Below, in pieces: positions 29,576-38,531 of a stretch of 44,134 nt of DNA. Source of the stretch: an uncultured Megasphaera sp. GTDB taxonomy: Bacteria; Bacillota; Negativicutes; Veillonellales; Megasphaeraceae. The notes beneath the pieces were generated by a model that saw nothing but the letters and a program-made list of their open reading frames with translations, had not been told where the DNA came from and made no database searches. The position numbers were made by a program, and so were the translations under genes. The stretch covers positions 1 to 44,134 of the forward strand of contig URLP01000001.1 of the NCBI GenBank assembly GCA_900548635.1, read 5' to 3'. How positions within the stretch are numbered: position 1 is the stretch's first letter; every line of letters begins with the position of its first letter.

Positions 29576-30406
29576 TTAGAAGCTCGGCAGGATAGCACCC
29601 TGGTATTTGTCTTCGATGAATTTCTTGATTTCCGGAGACTGGAGGGCTTTGACGAGTTTTTGAATTTCCGGACGGTTTTCATCACCTTCGCGGATGACGA
29701 GGACGTTGGCATACGGCGAATCCTTCGGTTCCAGGAAGAGCGCGTCTTTCAGCGGATTGAGACCGGCTTCCATAGCAAAGTTGGTATTGATCAAGGCGAT
29801 GTCTACGTCATCGATGGAACGGGGAATCTGAGCGGCTTCGAGTTCGACGAACTGGAGGTGTTTATCGTTCTTTTCGACGTCCTGTACGGTCGACGTGATG
29901 TTACCGCCATCTTTCAAGCCGATGAGGCCGGCACTCTGCAAGATGAGGAGGGCGCGGCCGCCGTTGGTCGGGTCATTCGGGATGGCGACTTTGGCGCCGT
30001 CAGCGACGTCTTTCAAGTCCTTGACTTTATGGGAATAAATGCCCATCGGTTCGACATGGATCTTAGCGATGGCTTTCAATTTTGTGCCGTGTTCGCTGTT
30101 GAATTTGTCGAGGTACGGTGAATGCTGGAAGAAGTTGGCGTCGATTTCCTTATCGTTCAGGGCCAGGTTCGGTTTGACATAGTCCGTGAATTCGACGACT
30201 TTCAGGTCGACCCCTTCTTTGGCGAGGAGCGGTTTGACTTCATTCAGGATTTCACCGTGCGGTACGGGCGTGGCGCCGACGGTGACCGTCACGTTTTTGG
30301 AAGACGAGCCGCTAGAAGCGGAATCACTGCCGCAGCCGGCAGCCAGGACGGCGATGGCCAGCAGGACTGAAGCGGCGAGAATGGAAAGTTTCTTGAGATT
30401 TTTCAT
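29576..30406 (-). CDS. metQ: MetQ/NlpA methionine ABC transporter substrate-binding lipoprotein
   Basis: Lipobox LAAGC; GATPVPHGEIL, FTDYVKPN, DANFFQH, IPNDPTNGGRAL, SPYAN. Confidence 0.95.
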   Translation of the reverse strand: MKNLKKLSILAASVLLAIAVLAAGCGSDSASSGSSSKNVTVTVGATPVPHGEILNEVKPLLAKEGVDLKVVEFTDYVKPNLALNDKEIDANFFQHSPYLDKFNSEHGTKLKAIAKIHVEPMGIYSHKVKDLKDVADGAKVAIPNDPTNGGRALLILQSAGLIGLKDGGNITSTVQDVEKNDKHLQFVELEAAQIPRSIDDVDIALINTNFAMEAGLNPLKDALFLEPKDSPYANVLVIREGDENRPEIQKLVKALQSPEIKKFIEDKYQGAILPSF

Positions 30407-30458
30407 AAAGATTCCTCCTAATGATGTAGTATAGACTTTTCTGTTCCGTCATTATCCA

Positions 30459-30597
30459 TAAAAAAGACCTCTTTCCGAAAGAGAAAGAGGTTTGATAGCT
30501 AGTTCTTTATCTCTCGGAATGCATCCGCAGGAATTGGCACCGTCGTTATCGGTTGCCGGGCTTCATAGGGCCAGTCCCTCCACCACTCTGGATAAAT
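30459..30597 (-). ncRNA. SAM-I (S-box) riboswitch with terminator
   Basis: Minus strand TTATCCAGAGTGGTGGAGGGACTGGCCCTATGAAGCCCGGCAACC...GGTGCCAATTCC...GAGAGATAA (aptamer ~30505-30597); terminator 30459-30493. Confidence 0.95.
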
Positions 30598-30694
30598 GTC
30601 GTTCTAAAGTTGTCTTGATTCTTAGTTTATCATGGATAAGCTATTTGTCAAGGTCTATCTTAAGGGCATTGACAAAACTATACTTAATGGCCAG

Positions 30695-30869
30695 AGTGCC
30701 GATAGCAGCGACAAGGAAATCAAGATCGGAGCCACAGCGGGTCCTCATGCTGAAGTCGTCGAAGCCGTGGCTAAGGAAGCAGAAAAACAGGGGATTCACA
30801 TCAAAGTCGTCTGGCGTCAAGAAGTTTATTGCTGACAAATACAACGGTACGATCGAACCGGCTGAATAG
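30695..30869 (+). pseudogene. Internally deleted relic of a second metQ/nlpA gene
   Basis: N-terminal DKEIKIGATAGPHAEVVEAVAKEAEKQGIHIKVV joined out of frame to C-terminal VKKFIADKYNGTIEPAE*. Confidence 0.8.
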
Positions 30870-30924
30870 ACGGGCATAAGCCTTGACAATGAGCGCCTTA
30901 CAAGTATATAATGAAACAAAATCT

Positions 30925-31202
30925 AAATGGATTTGTCAATGAACGAAACGAGTATATCCGATGTGGCAGTTCCAGCGAGCCGATGGCAGTGGGAGTTCGG
31001 CACGGACCGGCGGATAGAATGGATTCGGGAGATGCGGCCTGAACGGTGACCAGTAGGGTGCGACGGTGTATTTCCACCGCTATCAAAGAAACGTGTATCG
31101 CTTATGCCGTACATGTAGAGCTGGACTCACTGAGTCAATCTGGGTGGCACCGCGGAAGAAAACAAACCTTTCGTCCCTGTATAGGGACGGAAGGTTTTTT
31201 TG
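30925..31202 (+). ncRNA. T-box riboswitch, Trp specifier
   Basis: Stem I AGTA/GAA loop with GAA-TGG-A (31020-31022); T-box AATCTGGGTGGCACCGCG; terminator CCTTTCGTCCCT-GTAT-AGGGACGGAAGG-T7; TTGACA/TATAAT promoter 30883-30912. Confidence 0.92.
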
Positions 31203-31230
31203 TTGTCTTCAGACAGAAGGGGAGAGAAAG

Positions 31231-32046
31231 ATGCTGGAAATGAAAGATGTCAGTTTCAATTATGGCAATGGCGTGCCCGTGTTGGAACATATAAATGTAG
31301 AAATCGGTGAGGGTGAATTCATCGGTCTCGGCGGCCGCAACGGCTGCGGCAAGACGACGGTGACGCGCCTTTTGATGGGCCTGGAAAAGCCTGTTTCCGG
31401 AGAAATCCTTTATAACGGCAAAGTGATCAACGATGATGACGCCTCCGTGCGCAGCCATTTCATGGGCTACGTCTTCCAGCGGCCGGAACGGCAGATGTTC
31501 CGCCCGACGGTGCGCGAAGAAGTAGCCTATGGGCCGCAGCAGCTGGGCATGAGTAAGGCGGAAATCAATGAAGCCGTCGACGAAGCCCTGGCAGCGACGG
31601 AGCTGACGGACCTGGCCGAAGCCTATCCGCCCAACCTGAACCGCGGCGAAAAGCAGCGCGTCGCCATCGCTTCGGCCATCGCCATGCATACGAAATACAT
31701 CGTCCTCGACGAACCGACGAGCGGTCAGGACAGTGAAGACAAGGACCAGCTCATGGCCCTTTTGACGGATCTCAATAAAAAGGGCATGACCATCCTGATC
31801 ATCAGCCACGACATGGACATTTTTGCTGAATACTGCCAGCGCGTCCTGGTCATCGGCAATCATACGAAGGCCTTTGACGGCACGCCGCAGGAACTCTTCA
31901 CGCAGCGCGATGACCTCTATGATCTGGGCCTGAGCCGGCCCGACGCTGTGACCTTGTCCATGGCAGTTCCCGATTTCCCGTATTGTAAATCCATGAAAGA
32001 ATTCACAGCGGCCATGCTGGAAAGAATAGGAGGTACGAAAAAATGA
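31231..32046 (+). CDS. ECF transporter ATPase (A component)
   Basis: GRNGCGKTT Walker A, VFQRPE, LNRGEKQRVAIA, LDEPTSGQD, ISHD. Confidence 0.93.
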   Translation: MLEMKDVSFNYGNGVPVLEHINVEIGEGEFIGLGGRNGCGKTTVTRLLMGLEKPVSGEILYNGKVINDDDASVRSHFMGYVFQRPERQMFRPTVREEVAYGPQQLGMSKAEINEAVDEALAATELTDLAEAYPPNLNRGEKQRVAIASAIAMHTKYIVLDEPTSGQDSEDKDQLMALLTDLNKKGMTILIISHDMDIFAEYCQRVLVIGNHTKAFDGTPQELFTQRDDLYDLGLSRPDAVTLSMAVPDFPYCKSMKEFTAAMLERIGGTKK

Positions 32047-32729
32047 TGAAGCGCTTTGTTCCTGTTACGAAATTGATCGGCACCTTTGCCTTTTCTTTCT
32101 GGGCTCTGGTCATGCATACGACGCTGCCCCTGGTCGTCTTAGTCATCATTGAACTCATCCTTTTGGGTCTGTGCGGCAGTCTTTCGCGCAACATCAAGGC
32201 CGTCTTCAGTTTGATTGTCTTTGCTGTCTTCCTGGCCGTGGTCCAGCTCCTTGGCGGCGGCTCTTTGGAATCGGCGTATGTCACGGGACTGCGCATGCTG
32301 GCTATGACCATCGTCTTCATCATCCTCCTGACGACGACACGCCTGCAGGATTTGACGGCGGCCCTGGTCAAGCAGATCAAAATCCCTTATGAGTATGCCT
32401 TCATGTTCACGGCGGCCCTGCGTTTCGTGCCGGACTTCATTTCTGAAAGCAAAGCCGTCCAGGAAGCCCAGGCCTGCCGCGGCCTTTCGACGAAAGGCAA
32501 TGTCTTCAAGAAAGTCATCAATTATATGAGCGTCGTCCAGCCGCTGATGCTCAAGTCCCTGGGCCGTTCGGAAACGATGGCCCTGAGCCTCGAACTGCGC
32601 GGTTTCGGCAGCGATGAACACAGTTTCATGAGTAATGTCCGCCCCAAGGGCCGCGATTACATCGGCATTGCCGTCATGCTGGCCCTGAGCTGCTTCGTCG
32701 TTTATTTACGCCTGATGGATTTGGTTTAG
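32043..32729 (+). CDS. ECF transporter transmembrane T component
   Basis: ALRFVP, AQACRG and LELRGF arginine motifs. Confidence 0.93.
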   Translation: MMKRFVPVTKLIGTFAFSFWALVMHTTLPLVVLVIIELILLGLCGSLSRNIKAVFSLIVFAVFLAVVQLLGGGSLESAYVTGLRMLAMTIVFIILLTTTRLQDLTAALVKQIKIPYEYAFMFTAALRFVPDFISESKAVQEAQACRGLSTKGNVFKKVINYMSVVQPLMLKSLGRSETMALSLELRGFGSDEHSFMSNVRPKGRDYIGIAVMLALSCFVVYLRLMDLV

Positions 32730-32741
32730 GAGGGTAAGAAG

Positions 32742-34217
32742 ATGAAAAAAGTAGCAGATATTTCGAAATTAGAATTTCATCACCGTCAGGGCGGCCAGTT
32801 CCGCTGGATCACGATTACGACGCTCATGCTGGCCATCGGTACGATCCTGCACCTCGTTTCGCCGAGCGTCGGCGGCGTCACGCCGAACTGGACGATTGCG
32901 ACCTACTGCGTGGCTATCTGCCTGACCAAGCCAAGCTATAAACAAGCGCTGGGCATCGGCCTCGTCGCCGCCCTGGTCAACGTCTTGACCTCGAAATCGG
33001 GCTTCCCGTACGGCAACCTGATCAGTGAACCGTTGGGCGCCCTGACCTGTACCTTCATCGTCAAGAACCTGGCCTTCATCAAGTTCAAAGGCCATTCCTG
33101 CCTGCCTGTCCTTACGGGCTTTGCGGCAACTTGCGTCAGCGGCGGCGCTTTCGTCACGATCCTGAAAATTGTCATGAACCTGCCGAACGTCGTCTACTTC
33201 ACAGCCATGCTGCCCCTGGTCGTAGTCATCGGCGCCCTCAACGGTGTCGTCACGCCGCTTATGTACTTCCCGGCCCTGCGCCTCTTCGTTTCGCGGGGCA
33301 TCCTCGATTCCCTGGAAGAACGGGAAGTCACGTCGGACCACAGCATGTACGACCTGAAGCCGACCCAGGAGGGCCTTATTTCCATGGAACATCTTTCCTA
33401 TATTTACAATAAACAGAAGACGCCCGTCCTCGACGACGTCAATTTGACGCTGCATAAAGGCGACTTCTTAGTCATTACCGGCGAAAGCGGCAGCGGCAAG
33501 AGTTCCCTCTGCATGGCCATGACCGGTGCCATTCCGCATTATTTTGGCGGCGTCATGAAGGGCATGGTCTATGTCGACGGCCAGGCGACGACGCAGACCA
33601 CGATTTCCCAGCTTGCTTCCCGTGTCGGCGCCATGCTCGACGACTATGACAGCCAGCTCGTGGCCATGACGGTGGAAGAAGAAATCGCCTTCAGCCTGGA
33701 AAATCAGGGTGTTGCGCCGGATAAGATCGGTCAGGCTATCACGGAAGCCCTGGAAAAGGTCAATATGACGCCCTACCGCCACCGTCAGGTGACGAAGCTC
33801 TCCGGCGGCCAGCGCCAGCGCCTGGTCATTGCCGATGTCCTGGCCACGAATCCGGACATCCTCGTCTTCGACGAACCGACGAGCGCTCTCGATCCGGAAG
33901 GGACGCACGAATTCTACGAACTGATTCACGACCTGAACGTCAAATACGGCCACACCATCGTCGTCATCGAACATACGCTGGAAGCGGCCCTGCCTTATGC
34001 CAACCGCCTGGTCCTCATCGATCACGGCCACATCCTCAGCGATGCCGATGTGGAAACGACGCTGCGCTACATGTACGACCATGACATCTATACCAGTGCC
34101 ATCCCGAAAATCTTCACCTGTCAGATGGACCTGGAAAAAGCGGGCTGCCGCTTTGATGCGCCGTGGCTCTCGACGGAAGCAGCTGTAGCCGCCGTAAAGA
34201 AAGGGGGCGAAGCATGA
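32742..34217 (+). CDS. TrpP-like ECF S component fused to an ECF ATPase
   Basis: Hydrophobic N-domain (LMLAIGTILHLVSP..GGVTPNW) resembling TrpP; C-domain GESGSGKSS, LSGGQRQR, FDEPTSALD. Confidence 0.85.
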   Translation: MKKVADISKLEFHHRQGGQFRWITITTLMLAIGTILHLVSPSVGGVTPNWTIATYCVAICLTKPSYKQALGIGLVAALVNVLTSKSGFPYGNLISEPLGALTCTFIVKNLAFIKFKGHSCLPVLTGFAATCVSGGAFVTILKIVMNLPNVVYFTAMLPLVVVIGALNGVVTPLMYFPALRLFVSRGILDSLEEREVTSDHSMYDLKPTQEGLISMEHLSYIYNKQKTPVLDDVNLTLHKGDFLVITGESGSGKSSLCMAMTGAIPHYFGGVMKGMVYVDGQATTQTTISQLASRVGAMLDDYDSQLVAMTVEEEIAFSLENQGVAPDKIGQAITEALEKVNMTPYRHRQVTKLSGGQRQRLVIADVLATNPDILVFDEPTSALDPEGTHEFYELIHDLNVKYGHTIVVIEHTLEAALPYANRLVLIDHGHILSDADVETTLRYMYDHDIYTSAIPKIFTCQMDLEKAGCRFDAPWLSTEAAVAAVKKGGEA

Positions 34218-34780
34218 AACTCCTCTGTTTAGGCGACAGCCTGACTTACGGTTTCGATGTCAGGCCTGCGGAAAGCTGGACGTCCCGGCTTTCCGCAGCG
34301 ACGGGCATACACATCGACAACGAAGGGGAATGCGGCGATACGACGCTGGGCATGGCCTACCGCCTGTCGCAGTTCGACCTTGACCGCTACGACGCCTTCT
34401 TCGTCATGGGCGGCTCGAACGACATCCTTTTGGACGGAGAACTGGCTGATATTTATAAGAATATGGAAAATATCTGTATGGACCTGAAAACTACAGGCAG
34501 GCCGGTCTATCTTGGCATCCCGCCCCTGACGAAAAAAGAAAGCGCTATGTACGGCTGGCAGAAGGCAGAAGACGTAGAAAAGCACAACGCCCGCCTCAGC
34601 CTCTACCGCAATTGGCTGCTGGGCTACACTGCGGAACAGGGCTTTACCGTCATCGACTTCTATAAAGCGCTGGCGGACGCCGAAAAAAAGAGCGGCCAGA
34701 ACCTTTACGCCGACGGCGTCCATCCTACGGCAGACGGCTACGCCGTGCTGGCGAAAGCCGCGATTGCCGCTTTTAAATAA
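34214..34780 (+). CDS. SGNH/GDSL hydrolase
   Basis: CLGDSLTYG, GGSND, DGVHP; overlaps the stop codon of the upstream gene. Confidence 0.92.
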   Translation: MKLLCLGDSLTYGFDVRPAESWTSRLSAATGIHIDNEGECGDTTLGMAYRLSQFDLDRYDAFFVMGGSNDILLDGELADIYKNMENICMDLKTTGRPVYLGIPPLTKKESAMYGWQKAEDVEKHNARLSLYRNWLLGYTAEQGFTVIDFYKALADAEKKSGQNLYADGVHPTADGYAVLAKAAIAAFK

Positions 34781-34881
34781 AAAGGGGCTGTCGCATTAAG
34801 CGATAAGCCCCTTGCTAATATTCGCTCCTACACGGCAAACGACGTGAAAAAAGGGATTATGCATAATGGCATAATCCCTTT
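34780..34881. terminator. Two hairpins terminating convergent genes
   Basis: AAAGGGGCTGTCGC..GCGATAAGCCCCTT (34780-34813) and AAAAAAGGGATTATGC..GCATAATCCCTTT (34847-34881). Confidence 0.65.
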
Positions 34882-34886
34882 ATCAT

Positions 34887-36224
34887 TTAATGCCCTGCCG
34901 GTGCCTGGGCGTTGGCTTTGGCACTGAGGAGGACGTCTTTCTTTGTAGCGCCGTTGACTTTATATTTCAAGGTCAGGATGAGGAGACCAGCGCAGAACAT
35001 GAAGACGGCCATCAGGTAGTAGCCGAGGTCGAAGCTGCCTGTCTGGGCCTGGACCCAGGCCATCATGTTCGGACCGAACATGCCGCCCAGGTTGCCGCAG
35101 GAGTTGATGAGGGCGATGGAGCCGGCAGCGGCCGGGCCGGAAAGGAAGGTCGTCGGGATGGTCCACCATACACCCATGGAAGCGTGGATGCCGATGGCCG
35201 AGAGGCAGATGAGGAAGAGGGCAGCGCCCATGCTGTGAGCGAAAGGCGAGAGGCCGAGGCCGACGGCGCCGACGGCGAGGCAGCCAAAGACGTGCCATAC
35301 TTTATCGCCCGTAACGGTAGCCGTATGGCCGATGACGAGCTGGACGACGAGAGCCGCCATCATGGGGATGGCGATGGCGCCACCGATGAGGGACGTGGAC
35401 CAGCCGGAGAGGTTCTTGAGGACTGTCGGCATCCAGAAGTAGAAGCCCCAGAAACCAACGACCCAGAGGAAGTAGATGAGGCAGAGTTTCAATACTTTAG
35501 GATCTGTGAATGCCTGGAGAACGGTGTATTTCTTGACGCTCTGCATCTTGGCCTGTTCTTCATTGTACATGGTCGTGAGGTATTCTTTTTCTGCATCCGT
35601 CAGCCACGAAGCCTGGTCGGGACGGTCTTTGACGGCAAAGAAGAAGTAGAAAGCAAAGCAGAGAGCCGGGATGGATTCGAGGATGAAGAGTTCCTGCCAG
35701 CCGAGGAGACCGAAGAAAGAGTGTTCCAAAAGGACGCCGGCAATCGGTGCGCCGATGATCGTCGAGAGCAGGAGGGACGTCAGCATGAGCGACGTAGCGC
35801 GGGCCCGTTCAGCTGCCGTGAACCAGCGTGGGAACAAGAGAGAATAGATGACCGGATAGAGACTGGCTTCTGAAGCGCCCAAGAGGAAGCGGCAGAGGTA
35901 GAACTGCCATTCCGTCGTGACGAAGGCCATGCAGAGGCTGACAGCGCCCCAGGTGAACATGATGCGGGAAATCCATTTCGATGCCGAGAACTTAGCGGCA
36001 AAGAGGGAACCCGGGATTTCCAGGAGCAAGTAGCCAGCGAAGAAGATGCCGGCGCCGAAGCCGTAGACTTCCGGCGAGAGCCAGGGCAGGGTCTGGGTCA
36101 TGGTCAGTTTGGCATAGGAAATATTGACGCGGTCGATGCAGGCTATAATCGAGACGAGAAAGACCGGTAAAATGATGCGAAGATCTCTCCGTCGTTTAAG
36201 ACTGTCGAAATTGATGTTTTCCAT
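34887..36224 (-). CDS. MFS transporter, anion:cation symporter-like (TtuB/HpaX-type)
   Basis: IDRVNISYA, GIFFAGYLLLEIPG, RIMFTWG, RFLLG, LINSCGNLGG. Confidence 0.92.
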   Translation of the reverse strand: MENINFDSLKRRRDLRIILPVFLVSIIACIDRVNISYAKLTMTQTLPWLSPEVYGFGAGIFFAGYLLLEIPGSLFAAKFSASKWISRIMFTWGAVSLCMAFVTTEWQFYLCRFLLGASEASLYPVIYSLLFPRWFTAAERARATSLMLTSLLLSTIIGAPIAGVLLEHSFFGLLGWQELFILESIPALCFAFYFFFAVKDRPDQASWLTDAEKEYLTTMYNEEQAKMQSVKKYTVLQAFTDPKVLKLCLIYFLWVVGFWGFYFWMPTVLKNLSGWSTSLIGGAIAIPMMAALVVQLVIGHTATVTGDKVWHVFGCLAVGAVGLGLSPFAHSMGAALFLICLSAIGIHASMGVWWTIPTTFLSGPAAAGSIALINSCGNLGGMFGPNMMAWVQAQTGSFDLGYYLMAVFMFCAGLLILTLKYKVNGATKKDVLLSAKANAQAPAGH

Positions 36225-36271
36225 GATGAATTCCTCCTAAATGAGTAATATAGTCATAAGATAAACATGAA

Positions 36272-36525
36272 ATAAAAAAGACTCCCGTCCACAAGGGACG
36301 GAAGTCATATCCGCGGTACCACCCAATATTCCTCGCCAAAAAAGCAAGGCACTTTTCAACGTACTATCATACGCGTTTCCTGTAACGTGGATCAGACGGT
36401 GCAGTTTACTTGGTTCGACTGCAATTCTCGGAGATGATTTTCCATTTTCCTTCCATCGCCGGCTTTCACCATACCCGGCTCGCTGTGCACTTCCGTAAAA
36501 ATGTACTCTTTCTCGTCATTGAATG
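36272..36525 (-). ncRNA. T-box riboswitch, Ile specifier
   Basis: Minus strand AGTA/GAA loop with GAAA-ATC-A (36436-36438); TTGGGTGGTACCGCGG; terminator GACTTCCGTCC-CTTGT-GGACGGGAGTC-TTTTTT; TTGACA-17-TATGAT promoter 36562-36590. Confidence 0.92.
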
Positions 36526-36672
36526 TCAATGTATATACTCGATGTTTAACTTACGGTCCCAATCATAGACCATGGGAATCGATTTGTCAAGCTTTTTGTC
36601 GTAAAAAGAATTATCCCTTGAAGGTTTCTGCTGTTATTCCTGTTTCTTTTTTTCTTAGGTTTGCCGTCAACG

Positions 36673-36707
36673 AAAAGGCCTGCCGCTAAAAGCGACAGGC
36701 CTTTTTT
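36673..36707 (-). terminator. Terminator after tmRNA
   Basis: AAAAGGCCTGCCGC-TAAAA-GCGACAGGCCTTTT, usable in both directions. Confidence 0.75.
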
Positions 36708-36710
36708 ATT

Positions 36711-37061
36711 TGGTGGAGATGAGGAGAGTCGAACTCCTGTCCGCAAATGCTGCCCCATGAACTTCTCCGAGCGCAGACCTTGTTAGGATCTTAAACCGTT
36801 TTCGTACAAGGACAAACTAGACGATTCCAGCCTGTGAGTTTCCCAACACGGCTGCCAGGCAAAGCCATGCGGTATCCCGCTAAGTGACGTCTGCGAGCTG
36901 CCCGCAGGATTAGCAGCAGGAGACGTTAGCCGCACTTAGGCAGCTAAAGCAAAATTGTTTTCTTTTGCGTTTAATTTGAAAGGTTCACCGATTTACGGGC
37001 AGATGAAACCCCGGCTCGCTATTCATGATACAACCATCCACGTCGAAACCTTTACATCCCC
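36711..37061 (-). ncRNA. ssrA: tmRNA; tag peptide (A)AKENNFALAA
   Basis: 5' GGGGATGTAAAGGTTTCGAC; 3' GGACAGGAGTTCGACTCTCCTCATCTCCACCA; tag frame 36936-36968. Confidence 0.97.
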
Positions 37062-37369
37062 ATGCATGGGGACACTGGAAGCGTGGATACGCATACGCTT
37101 TCAGTACTATTAAGTATAACACAGATTTTACCCTTTGCCAATAGCTATAAGGTATGTAAATAGAATATTACAAATGATGGAAAAACAGGCTATATGACGT
37201 CTTATATGCTACACTAATTAAAATTTAGCGCGGCATATTGGGAATATAATTTTACAAAACGGTCAAAATAGTATACACTATGAATGTACAAAGTTGAAGT
37301 AAGGTAGCCTTTTTGGACTGCCTGTGGGTCAGGCACAGCTTCCCCGATTATCTGCAAGGAGGAAAAAAC

Positions 37370-38383
37370 ATGACAGTAAAAGTAGGTATCAGCGGTTTTG
37401 GCAGGATTGGCCGCTGCACGCTCCGTACGTCCCTGCTGCAGCCGGAAATTGAAATCGCAGCTATCAATAATCGTTCCGTAGGTCCCATCATGGCGGATCT
37501 CTTGAAATTCGACACCGTCCACGGCCGCTGGGATCACGATGTATCCTATGATGAAGCAAAGAGCCAGCTGATCATCGACGGCCGCCGCATCCCCGTCACG
37601 AACGACACGGATCCGGCCGATATTCCCTGGAAGAAACTGGGCGTCGACATCGTCGTCGAATCGACGGGTAAGTTCAAAGACCGCAAATCGGCGTCGAAGC
37701 ACCTGGCCGGCGGCGCAAAGCGGGTCATTATCACGGCACCGGGCAAGGATCCGGATAAGACGATTGTCATGGGCGTCAATGAAGAAACGTACGATCCGGA
37801 AAAGCACCGCATCATTTCCAACGGCTCGTGCACGACGAACTGCCTGGCGCCGGTCGCCAAGGTCCTCTCCCGGGAATTCGGCATCGTCCGCGGCATGATG
37901 ACGACGGTCCATGCCTATACGAACGACCAGCGCCTCGTCGACGGCGTCCATAAAGACCTGCGCCGGGCTCGCTGCGCCACCCAGTCCATCATCCCGACCT
38001 CGACAGGGGCGGCAAAAGCCGTAGCCCTCGTCCTGCCGGAACTGCAGGGCAAATTCATGGGCATGGCCCTGCGCGTGCCGACGCCGAACGTCTCCATGAC
38101 GGACCTCGTCGCCGTCCTGGAAAAGAAAGTCACTGTCGAAGAAGTCAACAGTGCGCTCAAGAAGTGGGCTGAAGGACCGCTCAAAGGCATTATGGCCTAT
38201 TCGGAATCGCCGACCGTTTCTTCAGACTATATCAGCGATCCCCACAGCTCCATCGTCGATGCGCTGGATACACAGATCGTCGACGGCGATATGATTAAAG
38301 TCGTGGCCTGGTACGACAACGAATGGGGTTATTCGCTCCGTGTCAACGACCTGGCAGCATATATGGCATCGAAAGGCATCTAG
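37370..38383 (+). CDS. gap: Type I glyceraldehyde-3-phosphate dehydrogenase paralog 1 (possibly NADP-preferring)
   Basis: [47 protein letters not shown]. Confidence 0.93.
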   Translation: MTVKVGISGFGRIGRCTLRTSLLQPEIEIAAINNRSVGPIMADLLKFDTVHGRWDHDVSYDEAKSQLIIDGRRIPVTNDTDPADIPWKKLGVDIVVESTGKFKDRKSASKHLAGGAKRVIITAPGKDPDKTIVMGVNEETYDPEKHRIISNGSCTTNCLAPVAKVLSREFGIVRGMMTTVHAYTNDQRLVDGVHKDLRRARCATQSIIPTSTGAAKAVALVLPELQGKFMGMALRVPTPNVSMTDLVAVLEKKVTVEEVNSALKKWAEGPLKGIMAYSESPTVSSDYISDPHSSIVDALDTQIVDGDMIKVVAWYDNEWGYSLRVNDLAAYMASKGI

Positions 38384-38531
38384 GAGATAAAGAATGATTA
38401 CTAAATACATAGAATAAAATAGAAATTCATGTCACAATGTTCATAGCAGGTATAAGGATAGAAGGTGAACATTATGACGATGTATATTCTTCTATGTTTT
38501 ACATACCAGAAGAGAGGAAAGGGTGTATAGC

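Noticed and set aside
31019..31021. AUG (Met) reading of the T-box specifier, given nearby met genes
   Set aside because: Register GAA-UGG-A, the UGGC bulge and the TrpP-like cargo favour Trp
36711..36760. tRNA gene or prophage attachment site
   Set aside because: This is the tRNA-like 3' end of tmRNA; no integrase or duplicated 3' fragment nearby
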